NCBI RefSeq assembly: GCF_001194135.2
Contig: NC_068989.1
Span: 73,166,981 to 73,230,980 of the forward strand
DNA: 64,000 nucleotides
DNA from: Octopus bimaculoides
Taxonomy: Eukaryota
Reading direction: 5' to 3'
Shown here: one piece after another, positions 38,078-49,751 of the stretch
Position numbering within the stretch: position 1 is the first letter of the stretch
How the letters are laid out: every line of letters starts with the position of its first letter
The notes under the pieces: generated by a model
The model's input: only the letters and a program-made list of their open reading frames with translations
The model's database searches: none
What the model was told of the DNA's origin: nothing
Program-made: the position numbers and the translations under genes

Positions 38078-38502
38078 GATGCAGCAACAATGAAATACAG
38101 AACAAATGCTTAGATTTCTTATTTTGCTTCAAAGAATCCAAAACTTATCTTACAAACAGTTAATTATGTTTGTTACCATTTTATGTTTGCTTTTTCCAAG
38201 AATTCCTTGAGTCAGGTCTGTTCCAGGACAGTCTCCTGTCCTGTCCCTTGTTACAATCCGTAATTATCTATTTTTGTGTAATTCTGTATACTGACTTCAG
38301 ATCTTGGAAGAGGAACATTAAGGAGGACTGTTTCTCCATGTATTCCTTGGGTATTCCTCTTCCACTACTAATTAATGATTGGACAATTAGAAATGAGAGA
38401 GAGAAAGACAGCAATACTGAAGACAATGTTTACCTCACAGTATCTTTTGAAGTATCTTGCAATGGCACCAACACTTTTTGTAGATTTTGAAGTATCATTC
38501 AT
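24673..38502 (-). CDS. RER1: Protein RER1 (retention in ER sorting receptor 1), spliced gene; 5 of 6 coding exons visible
   Basis: Joined exons translate to [118 protein letters not shown]/[missing]/[29 protein letters not shown]. These contain the hallmark RER1 motifs [12 protein letters not shown], [16 protein letters not shown] and HMIKYxYIPF. All visible junctions are GT-AG with compatible phases. Confidence 0.97.
26255..26535 (-). mobile_element. Young-looking RTE-LINE 3' end in RER1 intron
   Basis: (ATC)n tail on + strand; near-identical to the reverse complement of ~33060-33335 and ~35178-35372. Confidence 0.85.
26545..26900 (+). mobile_element. Degraded RTE ORF2 C-terminal remnant
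   Basis: LHGNE..., LERTE and gagagaaaaactgggcataaga (REKLGIR) motifs with stops and frameshifts. Confidence 0.55.
26916..27752. other. Assembly gap predicted to hide RER1 coding exon 5
   Basis: Only gap inside the 24763-29735 interval; the conserved VPVFWPILVMYF segment was not found in called bases. Confidence 0.8.
27753..28065 (-). mobile_element. RTE-LINE ORF2 C-terminus plus start of 3' UTR (runs into gap)
   Basis: [59 protein letters not shown]; the GRGRPRKTW motif is typical of RTE ORF2 ends. Confidence 0.85.
28354..28733 (-). mobile_element. tRNA-derived SINE family A, full-length copy in RER1 intron
   Basis: Minus-strand head gaggcgcaatagcccagtggttagggcagtggactcg...ggtttcgattccc carries A- and B-box-like motifs; body shared with 1-298 and a fragment near 51752-51822. 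Confidence 0.85.
29736..29817 (-). CDS. RER1: RER1 coding exon 4 (82 nt)
   Basis: ttttttttag|ct...ttctg|gtgagt; (A)[26 protein letters not shown](W). Confidence 0.97.
31935..32122 (+). repeat. Dispersed repeat family G abutting the RER1 exon-3 donor
   Basis: aaatagcag..aaa.ctccc...cagggctgacctggggctaaa; related degraded copies ~25020-25170, 35590-35780, 48300-48480. Confidence 0.6.
32132..32228 (-). CDS. RER1: RER1 coding exon 3 (97 nt)
   Basis: attaatttctag|ggc...acag|gtaagt; [32 protein letters not shown] plus 1 nt. Confidence 0.97.
33030..33337 (+). mobile_element. RTE-LINE 3' end in RER1 intron
   Basis: Same family as 26255-26535, opposite orientation; gatgatgacgacgatga tail. Confidence 0.85.
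33345..33700 (+). mobile_element. CR1/L2-group LINE ORF2 C-terminal remnant
   Basis: [24 protein letters not shown]...[16 protein letters not shown]...[11 protein letters not shown] resembles the F..RGP.LFN.LP..LRN...FK..LD.FL..IPDEP...SNS C-terminus of CR1-type ORF2. Confidence 0.75.
34257..34361 (-). CDS. RER1: RER1 coding exon 2 (105 nt)
   Basis: ttatttcag|att...cag|gtaaat; [35 protein letters not shown]. Confidence 0.96.
35178..35372 (+). mobile_element. RTE-LINE 3' end in RER1 intron
   Basis: Near-identical to ~33135-33325 and 4490-4635. Confidence 0.85.
36370..36690 (+). mobile_element. tRNA-derived SINE family F (CORE-like middle)
   Basis: Head gcatggctcagtggtcagagc...gagtttgattcc followed by gttcttgagcaagacactttatttcac. 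Confidence 0.65.
38434..38502 (-). CDS. RER1: RER1 first coding exon (69 nt, 23 codons); the exon starts at 38509 with 7 nt of 5' UTR
   Basis: Acceptor tttttttctttccag|ggggaaaATG; donor gag|gtaaac; [23 protein letters not shown] joins in phase 0 to the next exon. The acceptor implies an unseen upstream non-coding exon. Confidence 0.85.
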
Positions 38503-38889
38503 TTTCCCCCTGGAAAGAAAAAAAAGCAAACAAAAAGTGAAAAAAAAGCTAGACTGATTAACAAACATAATTATGAAGCATGTAGAAGTCAAATGAATTA
38601 GAAGAACCAAATATAAAGGAAAAATAGAATCTGTGGAGTATTGGATTTAACCTTTTTCTTTTTCTTTTTTTTTTACCATGTTTCTTTTGAAAGACATTGC
38701 CTTTTTGTGACAATTGAATGAGAAAATAATGCAGAATTTAGTAAATAATTATCATTATTAACCAGTGGGGCATAACATGAAGACAGGAAGTTTTTGTCAT
38801 AGAATCAGGAAGTCTCAGTCTCAGGTGGATCATTTCCACAAGGGTTACTGTACTAATATATTTTGTCATACTGTCATATTTTGTTTTAA

Positions 38890-39278
38890 CTCTTTAGCAT
38901 TCACATTATGCTATCAAAAGTAATATTAATTTATTCACATTGTTTGCAATTAATCATGCATTATCTCATAGTTTCGAGATTTTGATGAGGTAACTGTTAA
39001 ATTTTTAGAATGACATTGTGGTGTAGGAGGCAAGATCTGACCAGTTGGAGCATAAAACAAGTAGAATATTTTGGACGGATATCATCATCATCATTATTGT
39101 TGTTGTTGAATGTTTGCTCTCCATGTTGGCATGAGCTGGACGGTTTGACATGGAATTGGCTAGCAGCAAGCAGTCCAGCCTCCACCTGTCTGTTGTGGCA
39201 TGGTTTCTATGACTGAATGCCCTTCCTAACACCAACCACTTAGCAGAGTGTGCTGGGTGCTTTTTAAATGTTAAAGGG
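38890..39278 (-). mobile_element. piggyBac-like MITE P2 interrupted by an RTE tail (~39080-39265)
   Basis: TTAA|ctctttagcatt ... atgttaaaggg|TTAA with an internal catcatcatcat...catggtttcta...gggtgcttttt insert. Confidence 0.75.
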
Positions 39279-39854
39279 TTAAATAAGACTGCATGCTGCG
39301 GGTAGAAGGGAAACCCGATGTTTCGGGGCAGACTCTTCCTTGGGAGGGAGACATTTTCTCTTCTCCTCCTCTTCTCTCTCTCATATGTGAAGACAGCCTC
39401 AGAATATCACATTCATTCTCCCCTTATGGCATACAAACTTATCCACACCTATATATATATCACCATCATAGCAACTTTTCTAAGTTTGCATGGGTTAGTT
39501 TTCTGTAGTCAGATGCCCTTCCTGACATCAACCCTCGCCTGTTTACAAGCAAGTTAATAGACGTTTCCAGTCTTTATCAAACAACAAACGGGCTGGACAT
39601 GCTTTTGCAGAGGATTGGAAACAATGATTATTGTTTGTATGAATCACAAGGCAGTTTTCTCTACAATCAGCACACACATGTGAAGACAATGAGCAACAGG
39701 AACTCACGCACTAACATTTATCCTCACTTACACATGGATGTCCTGTTAGAACAAACTATACTGTAGTAGATATAGAATAGTTTGTTGTAACAGAACATTC
39801 ACATTTAAATAGGGATAAATTTTACCTCTCAGTATACAGCCTCTGTCACTAATA

Positions 39855-40126
39855 CACCTTCTTCTGGACTTACGACCACAAAAAATAAAAGTTGATTTTC
39901 GGACTTTGGGCAGCTGTGCTTACGATAACTATGGCAGAATCTGGTACCACAGGCCTTCCTCAGACCCAGACATTCACTGCCTGCCACTGTCTCTCACTCA
40001 GTCGCTCTCAAGCATCAGTTGTGTTTGAATGAAAATAATATTGCAAAATATAAATCTGACATATGACCAGTTGACTTATGAGCTATCAGTCGGCATGAAA
40101 CTCAGTCATAAGTCGAGGAGAAGGTG
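39855..40126. mobile_element. Tc2/pogo-like MITE with TA TSD
   Basis: TA|caccttcttctggacttacgacc ... agtcataagtcgaggagaaggtg|TA; 23-bp TIR with 4 mismatches. Confidence 0.75.
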
Positions 40127-40293
40127 TATATATTTATTAACTCACACTATGGTTCAGTTTCTGTCTACAAATTTCACTCACAAATTAATCAAGCCATGAC
40201 AGTAGTAAAGAACACGAACCTACAGTGGAACTGAATTTCAAACAGCATGATTCAGGAGTGAACTTCTAAGCTACACAACCATGTCTACATCTA

Positions 40294-40324
<31 letters not shown>

Positions 40325-41094
40325 GCATGGTTGTATATGTGTCAGTGTTTAAAATTATATCTTAATGTCATAAATTGATTGGAAAGAGCTCAGTAAAACT
40401 CTGCAGTTAGCTTTGAAGTTAGGTAAACTGTAGCATTATTAAAGAAAAAAGAAATTTATCTGAACGCAAACCATCAGTGAGTAATTAATGTAGCTTAATC
40501 CAGTAACACATAACTGGACAATGGAGATTTTGTTACAATAAAACAAAACTATTTCTAGGTCATTTTTGGTATCCCAATTTTAAATCTGTATTTTCCAAAC
40601 CACATAGTTCTGGGTTCAGTCCCACTGCATGGGACCTTGGGCAAGTGTCTTCAATTATAGCCATGAGTCAACCAATGCCTTGTGAGTGGATTTGCTAGAC
40701 GGAAACTGAAAGAAGTCCATCGTGTGTGTGTTTGTTCCCCCCATCCCACCATGTGACAACCTGTGTTTATGTCCCAGTAACTTTGCAGTTCAGCAAAAGA
40801 GACTGTTAGCATAAGTACCAGTCTTTAATAAAAATAAAAGTAATGGGATCAATTCATTCGACTATAAAATTCTTCAAAGCAGTGCCCCAGCATAGGCAGA
40901 GTCTAATGACTGAAACAAGAAAAAAAAAAAAAGTATACAGATTTTGTTAAATTAAATTCTAGTTATTTTGTGCATGTAGTAGACTCACTTCTTTTCAACT
41001 GACAAAGCAGACATACATATCATGTGACATGCCTTAATTACCCTTTACAGATCTTGAGTGACAATGAAGAAACATAACAACAATGTTAATGATG

Positions 41095-41225
41095 AGACTT
41101 GCCTGCATGTTACTATTTCGATATTAAGGTAGGAGACCAACAGAGGGCACCACATACTAGCTGCAGACGGTGCAGTGCAACATTAATAACTTGGCTAAAT
41201 GGTTACAGAAAAGCCATGCCATTCA
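41095..41225 (+). mobile_element. Chapaev(3)-like transposase N-terminal remnant
   Basis: YYFDIKVGDQQRAPHTSCRRCSATLITWLNGYRKAMPF matches the YFG.KVGDQDK.WAPH.CC..C...L..WLNG.R..MPF motif recalled for Chapaev transposases. Confidence 0.7.
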
Positions 41226-41632
41226 TAGACTGCATGATTTTAACAAACCTTAAATTGGTGAGAAATTTTCAAATAAAATACCTAAGTGCAATGGATGACA
41301 TTTAGATATAAAGTCTGTAGAAATACTCAACTTTCTTCTAAAGTATTGCAATCTCTGCTAACATAATATAAAGTTGTTACCTCACTACCTCTATTTTTAA
41401 CCCAACTACAGCAATCTCCACTCCTCTTACCTTGCATATTGTATATCACTAACACCTCTTTCACCTACTAAACTCTGCTCTAAGCAATATGCCTTTATAT
41501 CTCCTCATAACTGAGAATCTCTATGATGTGCTCTCTCTGTCCATATTTCAGCACCATAATTAGAACAATCCAACTAAATTATATAAACTACACCCCATTT
41601 AACCCTAAAACACATTTTTGGTCTGAAAAAGC

Positions 41633-41669
<37 letters not shown>

Positions 41670-44436
41670 GAAATAGTTAATTAGTATATCATAATAGGCA
41701 TCAAGCATTTAGACTATCAATCTCATCTTCAGAGATATTTCTTTTAAAAGCTTAAAACAAGCCTACATTAAACCCTTTCTTCTTCATATTTCTGGTAAAA
41801 AAAAGTAACCCAGTTTTTCATATAACAGAATACATGTCACCATGGAGAAAGCATATTCTGAGAATATTAAATTAATCTATATATATATATGTTTCAATGA
41901 ACAAATGAATGAACTAGAACTATCTCTCACATGTACAAACACACATTCACATGCACTGTAATATTAGCAGTAGTAGTTGCTGCTGTCACGATCACAATTA
42001 TTTTCATGATCAACATTATTAGCTTAGCAACAATTTCCTTTTTTAAATCTTAGATGAGCAGTTTAGAACCCAATTGAATAGGCCTATTATTAAAGGTAAT
42101 CCAAACATGACCATCTAACTCGTTTGAATAACTAGGACTACACTGTCAAATGTGTCTAATTTCTAAGGCAGTAAGATATGATCTATCAAAGATTTGGTTG
42201 CTTATTTTAGCGAATCAAGTGACCAGAGAACAACAGTTCCCAACTTGGAGAGTCCTAAAACGTCCAGGTTACCCACAAAGGCAATACCGGAGGTTCAAAG
42301 ATCTACTCAAAATTTTAGAAGACCACTTTAAAATGTATAGTTAATTACTCAGACACCTATAATTAATTCAGTTTACATAGAACTTTCAACAAAGCGATGA
42401 AACTGGGAAAACGAGTTTGTTGTTAATTCAGGATATCAGCTTATACAGTAACCAGTCTTATAAAAAAAAGTGGGGGTGTTTGTGAAAAAAAATTCATTAA
42501 AACAAAAGGGGTACCTTATAGAGAAGTTGTTGGGAACCAATGATGTAGAAACTCCCTCACTGACCCCCTAGAACAAGTTGGACAGGGTGCCTTGAAGCCG
42601 ATGTTCTCTTTAAGTCCAATTACTTTAAACTTCTCTTTACTACACATTTCTAGGCCTTTTGACGAACTCCCCTCAGCACTTTGCATTACAAACATGCTAT
42701 ACTTCACACACACAATATCCCTTCACACTACATGTGTTCATGCCAATGCAACTATCTCCCTTCTTTACAGCTTTGATACCTGGCCATGTTCTCCAATCAC
42801 TTGTACTCAACCATTCCCATTTAAGTACAAAAGGTGCTGTCAGAAGTTGATCAAAAATAAAGGAAGTGGCAATATTGTTATAAAGTTCAGATATTCTTCC
42901 TTACACTGATTATTTAAATGACCAATTTGCATAATATATATAGATTTCTTTTGAAAGGACACAAAGTGAATAGTTTTGTGCAGTAAGAAATAATACCAAC
43001 TCATTTACTCTTTTATTTGTTTTAGTCATTTATTTTCAAACTTAATTTCTTGGTGGGTGGGAAAAAATTGTTTTGGATTGAAGGAGGAAAAAAGTGGAGA
43101 GGAGAGGTCACTCTTGGGTTTGTTTNNNNNNNNNNNNNNNNNNNNNNNNNNNNNNNNNNNNNNNNNNNNNNNNNNNNNNNNNNNNNNNNNNNNNNNNNNN
43201 NNNNNNNNNNNNNNNNNNNNNNNNNNNNNNNNNNNNNNNNNNNNNNNNNNNNNNNNNNNNNNNNNNNNNNNNNNNNNNNNNNNNNNNNNNNNNNNNNNNN
43301 NNNNNNNNNNNNNNNNNNNNNNNNNNNNNNNNNNNNNNNNNNNNNNNNNNNNNNNNNNNNNNNNNNNNNNNNNNNNNNNNNNNNNNNNNNNNNNNNNNNN
43401 NNNNNNNNNNNNNNNNNNNNNNNNNNNNNNNNNNNNNNNNNNNNNNNNNNNNNNNNNNNNNNNNNNNNNNNNNNNNNNNNNNNNNNNNNNNNNNNNNNNN
43501 NNNNNNNNNNNNNNNNNNNNNNNNNNNNNNNNNNNNNNNNNNNNNNNNNNNNNNNNNNNNNNNNNNNNNNNNNNNNNNNNNNNNNNNNNNNNNNNNNNNN
43601 NNNNNNNNNNNNNNNNNNNNNNNNNNNNNNNNNNNNNNNNNNNNNNNNNNNNNNNNNNNNNNNNNNNNNNNNNNNNNNNNNNNNNNNNNNNNNNNNNNNN
43701 NNNNNNNNNNNNNNNNNNNNNNNNNNNNNNNNNNNNNNNNNNNNNNNNNNNNNNNNNNNNNNNNNNNNNNNTATATATATATATATATATATATTGTTGA
43801 TATATACACCACATGTACTTTGGACATTGGGTTTTGTGGAAGTTTTCTTCCTTAGAAGCTTCAATGTCGTGACAAAGTTAAAGAATTTAAAAGAAACGTT
43901 GAAGAATCACAATGGAGTGTTTGTTCTTCCTCATTTAAGAAATGCATGATTGTCACACAATTCCATCTCAGCCATGTCTTCACAGACACACACACCCAAC
44001 TGTACTTTATGTAAGTCTGTGTTCAATATACCCGGCGTGGATAACCAGCCAAATTGAGAGCAACCTTGGTATTTAATATATGTAACAACACAGAAGTACT
44101 ACCAGGGTACCACAAAATTTATCAAATGTAGAAATGTATTAATGAACTCTGAAATGATATAAAGCAACACACATGCATACACCCACCTATACTTCATGTA
44201 AGTTTATGCTTGATATAACTGGCGTGGATGACCAGTCAAGTTGTAGGTCACCCTGGTAATCAATATACATACCAATACAATTATAGGCGGTTTTACATTT
44301 GCCACAATGATATGTACCACAAGGGTGCCACCAAGCTTATTGAATATATGAAGGCTGTTTTTCCTGATATGTATATTAAACAAAATGCAGATGTCTGTAC
44401 TTTTTGTAAGTTTGTGCTCGATAACCAGCGTAGATA

Positions 44437-44653
44437 GCCAATCAAGTCGGGAGCTAACTTAGTATTTAAAATATCAACACAGAGAAAGAAGCACAGAAAA
44501 ATATATAATATACTAACACACAGGAAAATTAAAACAAAACACGCGGGTGAAAAGAATCTTGTGGTGTGAAGAATTATGTGTGAAAAATCAACATAGACAT
44601 CAGTAGCACAGACAACAGTGAACCACAATGCAGCGTGTGGTTGTCATGGTAAC
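44437..44653. promoter_or_regulatory. Candidate promoter region with CCAAT box and RFX X-box
   Basis: GCCAATCA near 44437; GTTGTCATGGTAAC at 44640-44653 matches the GTHNYY-AT-RRNAAC X-box consensus; several retained CpGs in non-repeat sequence ~6 kb upstream of the RER1 ATG. Confidence 0.35.
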
Positions 44654-47600
44654 AAGCTGCTAATGCCACGCTGTCTGTTGATTGACCAAATTTCCTAACT
44701 TTAATGCCAAATAATATCAGATTATAATTTACAAGATAAAGTAATTGGTTGATCATAATTAAAATTCAGAGTTGCATCGATACATTAAAATTGAAAGCAG
44801 TCTGAGCAAAATTAAGCGGGGCTCATTGTGCGAATGGGAAAGACTAGATCCCTAAGTCAATTACATTAATTCTAGTGTGCTAACTGGTACTTACTTTATC
44901 AACCAATCCTAAAAGGATGAAAAGGCAAAGTCGACCTTGGCAGAATTTCATATCAGAACTTAAAGAGCTTGACTTTTTGTCAAATATATTTTAAAATTTA
45001 AAACGTCACTATATTTCAGGCTGTCATAGCACCCCTAACTATTCGGGGTTTTGAGACAACCTAGATGGAAACCAGTGTTCTAGATAATCAAATTTGTAAC
45101 TCAGCTTCAATTTGAGAATGTAGTTATCTTAGTTTACTAATATGCTGGGAGGATAGGTACAATGCCACAATTCAAATTGCCTGCCCCCTCCTCACAAAGT
45201 GAACAGGGCTGGTCAAGCAATTTGTCAGAAATTTTAGTATTTATACCACACCATCCTCCACTGTGTGATGGTAAATAATTACTACTACTGCTGCAAAATG
45301 ACATCTGTTAAGATGTAGTGGATATATAATGAATAGATGCAGCATTATCATCAGGAATACATGGGTCAGACAGTTCACTGAAGTAGATTTTTTACTGCCA
45401 GATGCTTATCTTGTCACCAAGCTTCGCCCATGGTTGGGACATTTTTTTTTTTTTTTTTTTTTTTTATAGAAGATTGGAAATGAAACTGCTTGTTTGAGTG
45501 ACATGTTTACAACCATTGAGACAAAGAGACACTCCTAGTTTTCTTTCTCCTTTACCTTTCCTGTTTCAGTCATCTGACTGGAGCCATACTGGAGCACAGC
45601 CTTGAAAAATTTTAGATGGATTGACCTCAGTACTTATATTTTTTTGTAAAATCTGGTACTTATGGCAGCCTGAGGCTATAGCAGAAGACACTAGTCCAAT
45701 GTGCCACACAGTGGGACTGAACCCAGAACCATGTGGTCGGGAAGAAAACTTCTTTCCACACACAGCCATGCCTGCACCTAACAGAGCCATGGTTACACCT
45801 CAGTTTGCTGTTTAGTTTAAGACCTCTCCTACTCAGATCACCCAGCATCCTATCTCATCCTATCTCTCATCTACTTCAAACTGCAGTTAGCATTTAAACC
45901 TGGTCTGTATTTATGAGCCCTAGACATCCATACACAACACCTTTAAATAAGTTTCCTATTTCAGACAGCTATCTGTAAAAACCTATAACATTTTCACTCC
46001 CACAAAAAGACATTAAATAAACATATGTAAATCATTTATATTATTCTGCTATGGTCTACATCTGTAAAGCTTCTGAAGACATAATATATTATACACACAA
46101 CATTTATATTATTCATAAGACAATCAACATATAAAGTATGGAAGGAAAGCAAAGACATAATATGTATGTATGTAAATATATATATATATATATATATAGG
46201 CTGAGTGTGTTTCTTTATATTATTATATCAAATATTAAAATTATTTATACAATTCATAAGACAACTGACTGACTGATAAATATTTAGAACTAAATGTGGT
46301 ATGTGTGTGTGTGGGGTAGGGTGGGGGTGGCTGTGTAAATAAGTTTACTTCCCAAACGTGGTTTCAGGTTCAGTACAACTGCGTGGTGCATTGGGCAAGT
46401 GATTTCTAGTACAAACTGAGGCTAACCAATGCTTTGAGAGTGGATCTGGTCAATGGAAACTAAAAGAAGCCTGCTATGTATGTGTGTTAGTATCTCCTTG
46501 TCTTGACACTGCATGATAGTTGTTAGCAAGGGTCACTGTCATAGAAGCAGTGTCCATTTCCAATTGTGAAAATGTTTGGCCATAGGGAAATATGAAATAT
46601 GTGACTGTAGAAAATCTACCTCAAGAAATACCATTTGACCAATGCAAGCATGGAAAAGTGGAGGTTAAAATGATGCTGATGATCATCATCATCATCATTA
46701 AACGTCCATTGTCCATGGTGGTATGGTTTGGACAGTTTGGTCAGAGCTGGCAGGCTGCACCGGGCTCCAATCTGATTTGGCATAGTTCCAACAGCTGGAT
46801 GCCCTTCCTAACACCAGCCACTCAGAGAGTGTAATGGGTGATGGAAATATATATATATTACTGATACACTTTTCTTTTTAGAATCTACAGACCTGTGAGA
46901 CAGCTACTGTACTTCATTCATTGGGACTGCGAGTTCATGCTCAAGCATACACACCTGTCTCAGATGTGAAAATAAGGATGTAGTGCAGGGTATTAACATC
47001 AGTAACAACTGTATTGGAGAAGTAGCACAGAAGAAAAATATTATAGACCGATTATGCCATGAATTTTGTTCCATAGTTAAAAAAATTTACATTTTGACAA
47101 ACATAAAAATATTAGATAACTCAGGAAGTAGAATAAGTGACAGTTTTCAAAGATAGTCTCTTCTCTATATAAAGATTTGAGTACTTCAGGAAAAAAATAC
47201 ACTTTCAAAAGAAATCTTAGTTTTCCAATAAAATATGGAATTTCCAGAGATACCAAAAGTGCTAATTGCATATTATTTCTTCTATTTTACAGACAAAATA
47301 TTCAGAAATCAAGAGGTTCAAAAGTTTTTTTTTATATCTTAAGTGTTTGTTTTCAATATCTTTTCAAAATAGAAATAAAATTTGACAAATGTTCTTATAC
47401 TAGTTACAGCCACTGAAATGTGGCCAGGCTGGTGCACCACCTTCAAATGTATAGTTAATTCACTCAAAACCCCACAGCACTTAGTTACAAATTTTGTGGA
47501 AATAAAGAATGTATCATATCACCATCACAATTTGAAGTCTGATCTCCATGAGAACAAAGCAGTTCAACAGGATCCAATGAGTTGGAAGACCATGTCAGAT

Positions 47601-48974
47601 CCCTTTTTTTTTTTTTTTTTTTTTTTGTGTAGCATGGTTTCTACAGCTGGATGCCCTTGTAATGCCAGTCACCTCAGAGTAATAAAGTTTCTAGATCTAT
47701 CTATCTATCTATATGCGTGTATCTGATGATATTTATATATCAATCTTTCTTTCTCATAAATATAAATACACACACACAGACAAATATAAACAAACATTGT
47801 TTACTCCGTTGTTTAACAAACTTGAGTCAATATCTTCTTTTACTCTCAAAACTATATATAACAAATTTCCCATTACTCAATCTAATAATGAAAGCAGTTT
47901 ACATTCATACATTTCTAACCAACGATAATGAAAGCTCTACGTGTGTGTGTGTGTGTGTGTGTGCAAAATATATAAAAAAGCATGACTGTTATAGAAACCA
48001 AACAAAGAAACAGAGAACATTAAAAAAACATACGCAATTAACAGGTATCTCACCTTGACTAGTCCATCTTGTTTTCAAAGACAACGTTATTTAAGGAGTC
48101 ATTTTTAAGAGGAGCGATCTGAGCAAAATTTGACGGCTATTTCTAGCAAAGTAGTAACAGCTTTGTCCATGGCAACGGGTAGAGTAATTCTGGTCTTACA
48201 GATATTCAAGTACAATAGGAGTAATTGTTATCACAGATGAATGCTGTTATAACCAATAAATAATTCAATAGTGAAGTTGTCATTGTTTAGTTTTAGGTCA
48301 GCTCAGATCAAACAAATACTTGATCAAAGGCATTGAAAAATCAGTGTTTCTTCCCTACCCACCCCCAAGAATTGTGTAATAGAATTACATTATCCAAAGT
48401 GTTCTGTTCTAAGATGGCAGGTTAGTGTGAGGGAGATCTGGCTGCTGTTTTTAGCAAGTTCAGTGACTATAAAGAGGCTCAGTCACCAATTTTTGCTGCA
48501 ATTCAACTTGATGATTGAGTAAGTGTACGTGTGTGTGTGTGTTTATGTATGTATATTTATATATATATATATATATAATCTTTTCTATCTTTTACTTGCT
48601 TCAGTCATTAATTAGACTGCAGCCATACTGGGGCAATGCCTTGAAGAATTTCCCAGTCAAATTAATTGACCCAGTACATTCATTTTCAAAGCCAGGTACT
48701 TATTCTATTGGTCTCTTGCTGAACTGCCAAGTTACAGGGCCATAAATAAACCAACAATGGTTGTCAAGCAGTGGGATCTAGGGACAAACATATATATATG
48801 ATGGACTTCTTTCAGTTCCCACTATTGAATTCACTCACAAGGCTTTTATCAACTGAAGACTATAGTAGGAGACAACTGCTCAAAATGCCACATATTGGCA
48901 CTGAAGCTGGAACCATGTGGCTGTGAAGCAAATTTTTTTACCATACATTCATGATACACACACAAATATCAGTG

Positions 48975-49751
48975 GCATCTCATTTTAGCATATATATTTA
49001 CCAAAATTACATTAACATATCTTGAAATACTAAAGAGTAAATTTATTCAATAAAATCACCATTGGCTTCAACCATGGCCTCCAGACGACTTTGGAATCTC
49101 CTGCAACTCTTCTGGATGGTCTCCTTGTTTAAGTTAGTGAATGCTGCCATAATCCTTGCTTTCAGTTCATCTTTGTTACAAGGAGTTTTGTTGGTCTCTC
49201 GCACAACATAATAAGCAAGGGGTTGCAGTCTGGGGAGTTAGGTGGCCAGATGTTAGGGGTGATGTGGTTGCAGAAATTGTCAGACAGCCATAATTGGGTT
49301 CTCCTGCTTGTGTGGCATGGTGCAGAGTCCTGTAGCCAGACATAGGGTCTTCCAGCAGCCAGCCTCTTGACCCAGAGCAGCATTACCTCCTCCGGGCACT
49401 TGATGTAAGCCTCCGTGTTGTGTCTGAGGCCATGTGGGAAGATGAATGGAAGCATAACATAGCCATCACTAGTGATCACTCCAAGTACTGTGATGTGCAG
49501 TGGATGTTTGATTTTTACCACTCCCGGTACACGTCCTCAGATTGGCACCCAAACACTCTGGAATGTTCGTATTGGAACTTCCAGCATGTCGTATCCAAAT
49601 TTCTGGCAGAGTGAACTGCATCATGGTGCTGCTTTTCTCACAGATGGTGCCAACTGACCCAACTGTACTGTGTAGTCAACAAAACCAAAAAACAATGCAC
49701 ATGCGCGAAATTAAAAATGTAAAATGGCAACAATTTATCCATCACACCCTG
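48975..49751 (-). mobile_element. Defective Tc1/mariner-superfamily element, DD37D (maT-like)
   Basis: VITSDG...QDSAPCHTSRRTQ...WPPNSPDCNPL, with 37 residues between the QD aspartate and the degenerated third catalytic position; right end caccctg; internally deleted and frameshifted; left TIR degraded. Confidence 0.85.

Noticed and set aside
46879-46990. Exon-like + strand frame NLQTCETATVLHSLGLRVHAQAYTPVSDVKIRM*
   Set aside because: Short, no recognisable homology and no partner exons
48162-48176. Second X-box-like site tttgtccatggcaac
   Set aside because: Imperfect left half and adjacent to degraded repeat sequence
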